A DNA stretch of 64,000 bases from positions 43,648,001 through 43,712,000 of the forward strand of contig NC_042999.1 of the NCBI RefSeq assembly GCF_006345805.1, in the 5' to 3' direction. The notes under the pieces were generated by a model. That model was not told the DNA's origin and ran no database searches. It saw nothing but the letters and a program-made list of their open reading frames with translations. This DNA comes from Octopus sinensis (taxonomy: Eukaryota). Of this stretch, positions 61,601 through 64,000 are shown one piece after another; the first letter of the stretch is position 1, and each line of letters starts with the position of its first letter. The translations under genes and the position numbers were made by a program.

Positions 61601-61929
61601 AGATATAGATAGATAGATAGATGCACACAGATACACGCCCCTCATATACAACAGTGTTAAACATTAAAACATTATGCATTTTTATGCATTTAAAAAGCAT
61701 ATATTGACATTAAAAAATATCTGTTCTTCCTGATCTCCACACATGTAGAAGTGTACACGTATGGGTACATATTTATGATTTTATATCCTAAACATAAAAT
61801 TCCCCAACATGCACCTTAAGGTTTTAAATTCATATTGCTTCATGTCAATTTACCAACTAAATTTTAATTATATTATAGAGGGAAAAATCCCATAAAATTA
61901 TAGATAAGCACTCGAATAACCTAAATGAA

Positions 61930-62051
61930 GGTATGAATGCATGTACATGTTTTTATATGCATATTGACATATGTATACTCATGTGCAAAAACACACCTAC
62001 ACACACACACACAAACATGCACACACACACATATCTATACATATATATGCT

Positions 62052-62097
<46 letters not shown>

Positions 62098-62185
62098 TAA
62101 ACACACACATTTGCACACAGATACACACACATACATGCACACACTTATATGCACACATATATATGCACATACATACATACACTAG
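61930..62185. repeat. (CA)n/(TA)n microsatellite
   Basis: Direct inspection. Confidence 0.9.
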
Positions 62186-62574
62186 AGGATGTTTGCAGGG
62201 TTGCCTAGGTACCAAATATATATAGAAACATTTTCTTGTTTAACTTAAATGACATAACTTACATAAATTTTTTACGTTTTGCTTTATGCATGTAATTATA
62301 TTTGCATATGTTATTTATTATAATGTACATAAAGTTAAATTTTTCCAGGTTTCTGAGATCTATGAAGCTTTTGAGACTGCGTTTATTGATAATGTTTTTT
62401 TTAGTTAAGAAAATACAATCTTTATGTTCTACTCTGTATATTTTCTTGTATTCTAAATTGAATTTCAACACATAAAACTGAAGCAATTCTAACAGAGATG
62501 TAAATTTATTCAGTGAGACCTGTTAGTTTGATGACATTTCTTGTTCGGCAGTTTGGGACTCTGATGAAAATATA

Positions 62575-63010
62575 TCTGTTTGGTTCAACACGTGAGCATG
62601 CAACAGGGAGCTGACCACAAGAAAAACATGGACTTGTCAGTTCTACTTCAAAAAAAGTCTTGAGGGACTGTCCTTGAAACTTGTTTGATGGTCATTGTAG
62701 AAGATAGTGACATTGGAAACTGGAGGTGTGTAAATTTCAATAGAATATCTGATAGGATGAAGGGAACGAGTGGGATGTAAGAATTTATCTTTGCACAACT
62801 GTGAAAAATGGGTGGTTTTGATCACATGGGACATAAGAGTCTTGACATTTAGTCTTGCAGCATTATAGATTTTTGGTGCATCCAAATTTCATAACAACAT
62901 AATGTGTGTTGTAGATTACAAAGGTTATGAGGTAGAACAACTGTTGTCTAAAAACATTTTCAAAAATTCTGTTGGATAATTGGCAGCATCTTCAAATACA
63001 ATGTGAACTG
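62575..63010 (-). pseudogene. Old Helitron PIF1-helicase C-terminal relic
   Basis: Manual translation gives DAANYPTEFLK...IMLL*NLDAPKIYNAARLNVK, matching YPxEFLN...RNLxPPKLCNGTRL of RepHel. The end region resembles the HGQLYVACSRV segment. Confidence 0.65.
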
Positions 63011-63179
63011 ACTGGTACCACCTGGATTGGGGTGGTATCTGTTGAATGGTGGTGGTATTGAATCCTTCACCATGTCAATTTTAAGAGTAACGATGGTATG
63101 TTCAGAAAGCCTCTCAGCTTCTCTATAGTTCTGTGAGAGGCAGGGATAAACTTGTAATAATATTTCCTGAAAAATATTA

Positions 63180-63570
63180 CTCTTTTACTTGTTTCAGTCA
63201 TTTGACTGTGGCCATGCTGGAGCACCACCTTTAGTCGAGCAAATCGACCCCAGGACTTATTCTTTGTTATTCTAGTACTTATTCTATCAGTCTCTTTTGC
63301 CAAACTGCTAAGTGACGGGGGCATAAACACACCTGCATCAGTTGTCAAGCGATGCTAGGGGGACAAACACAGACACACAAACATACACACACACACATAT
63401 ATATACATATATACGACAGGCTTCTTTCAGTTTCCGTCTTCCAGATCTACTCACAAGGCTTTGGGTGGCCCAAGGCAAGAGTAGAGGACACTTGCCCAAG
63501 ATGCCATACAGTGGGACTGAACCCAGAACTATGTGGTTGGTAAGCAAACTACTTACCACACAGCCACTCT
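63180..63570 (-). mobile_element. SINE family A
   Basis: Full-length consensus match. Confidence 0.88.
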
Positions 63571-64000
63571 TGTGCCTATATTGATGATTTTTTTCACAAA
63601 TTTTTTATTTTGACATCTCCACTCTCAGTATCAATTGGTAATAAGCATTTTCCCAAATGAAAGAAAAATCTTTTGCTAACTGGGATGTTGAAACATCTCT
63701 GTTAAGTACAACTCTCATAAAGTTTCTTCTCTTCTTCACATGTAGGTTTCTTTGTGGTATACACACAACTCATTAGTAAGTGTATCCTTTGGGATGACTA
63801 GTAGAATTTATCTGAAATTACAAGAAAGCAAGAATAAAACTCCACCCACCATATTAGTATTACATCTGATATCTTTCAAGGTGCAAAGAAGAGTCTCAGA
63901 TGGAAATCTGTGAAATATTGTGCACTCATCTCATATAGTCATTTTAGTCTGCTTTAGAACCTTGACCTGTCCAGATTCTTTGTCAGTATTGCATGCAGAA

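Overview
Repeat-dominated eukaryotic DNA. No host protein-coding exon could be supported. The SINE families, RTE LINEs and heavy (TA)n/(CA)n/(GAT)n load resemble coleoid cephalopod (Octopus) DNA; this is an inference from repeat content. All recognisable coding sequence is transposon-derived: a near-intact young RTE LINE (38.5-43.9 kb) plus older or truncated RTE copies, a full-length Helitron with RepHel remnants (54873-60931), two non-autonomous Helitrons, a full-length mariner with TIRs and TA TSDs, a Merlin/ISXO2-type transposase pseudogene, a hAT-like transposon relic, Gypsy and CR1/L2-like relics, several MITEs, four or more SINE families and minisatellites. The most interesting observations are: (1) a complete C4HC3 PHD finger inserted inside the RTE reverse transcriptase, present in several copies; (2) a higher-order expansion of that LINE's 3' UTR to about 2.4 kb; (3) two inverted, complementarily decayed Penelope-type hammerhead ribozyme motifs; (4) a pre-miRNA-like hairpin in unique sequence at about 3.66-3.72 kb. 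Most ORFs in the supplied track are microsatellite artefacts or antisense shadows. All family assignments were made by eye from motifs; no searches were run.
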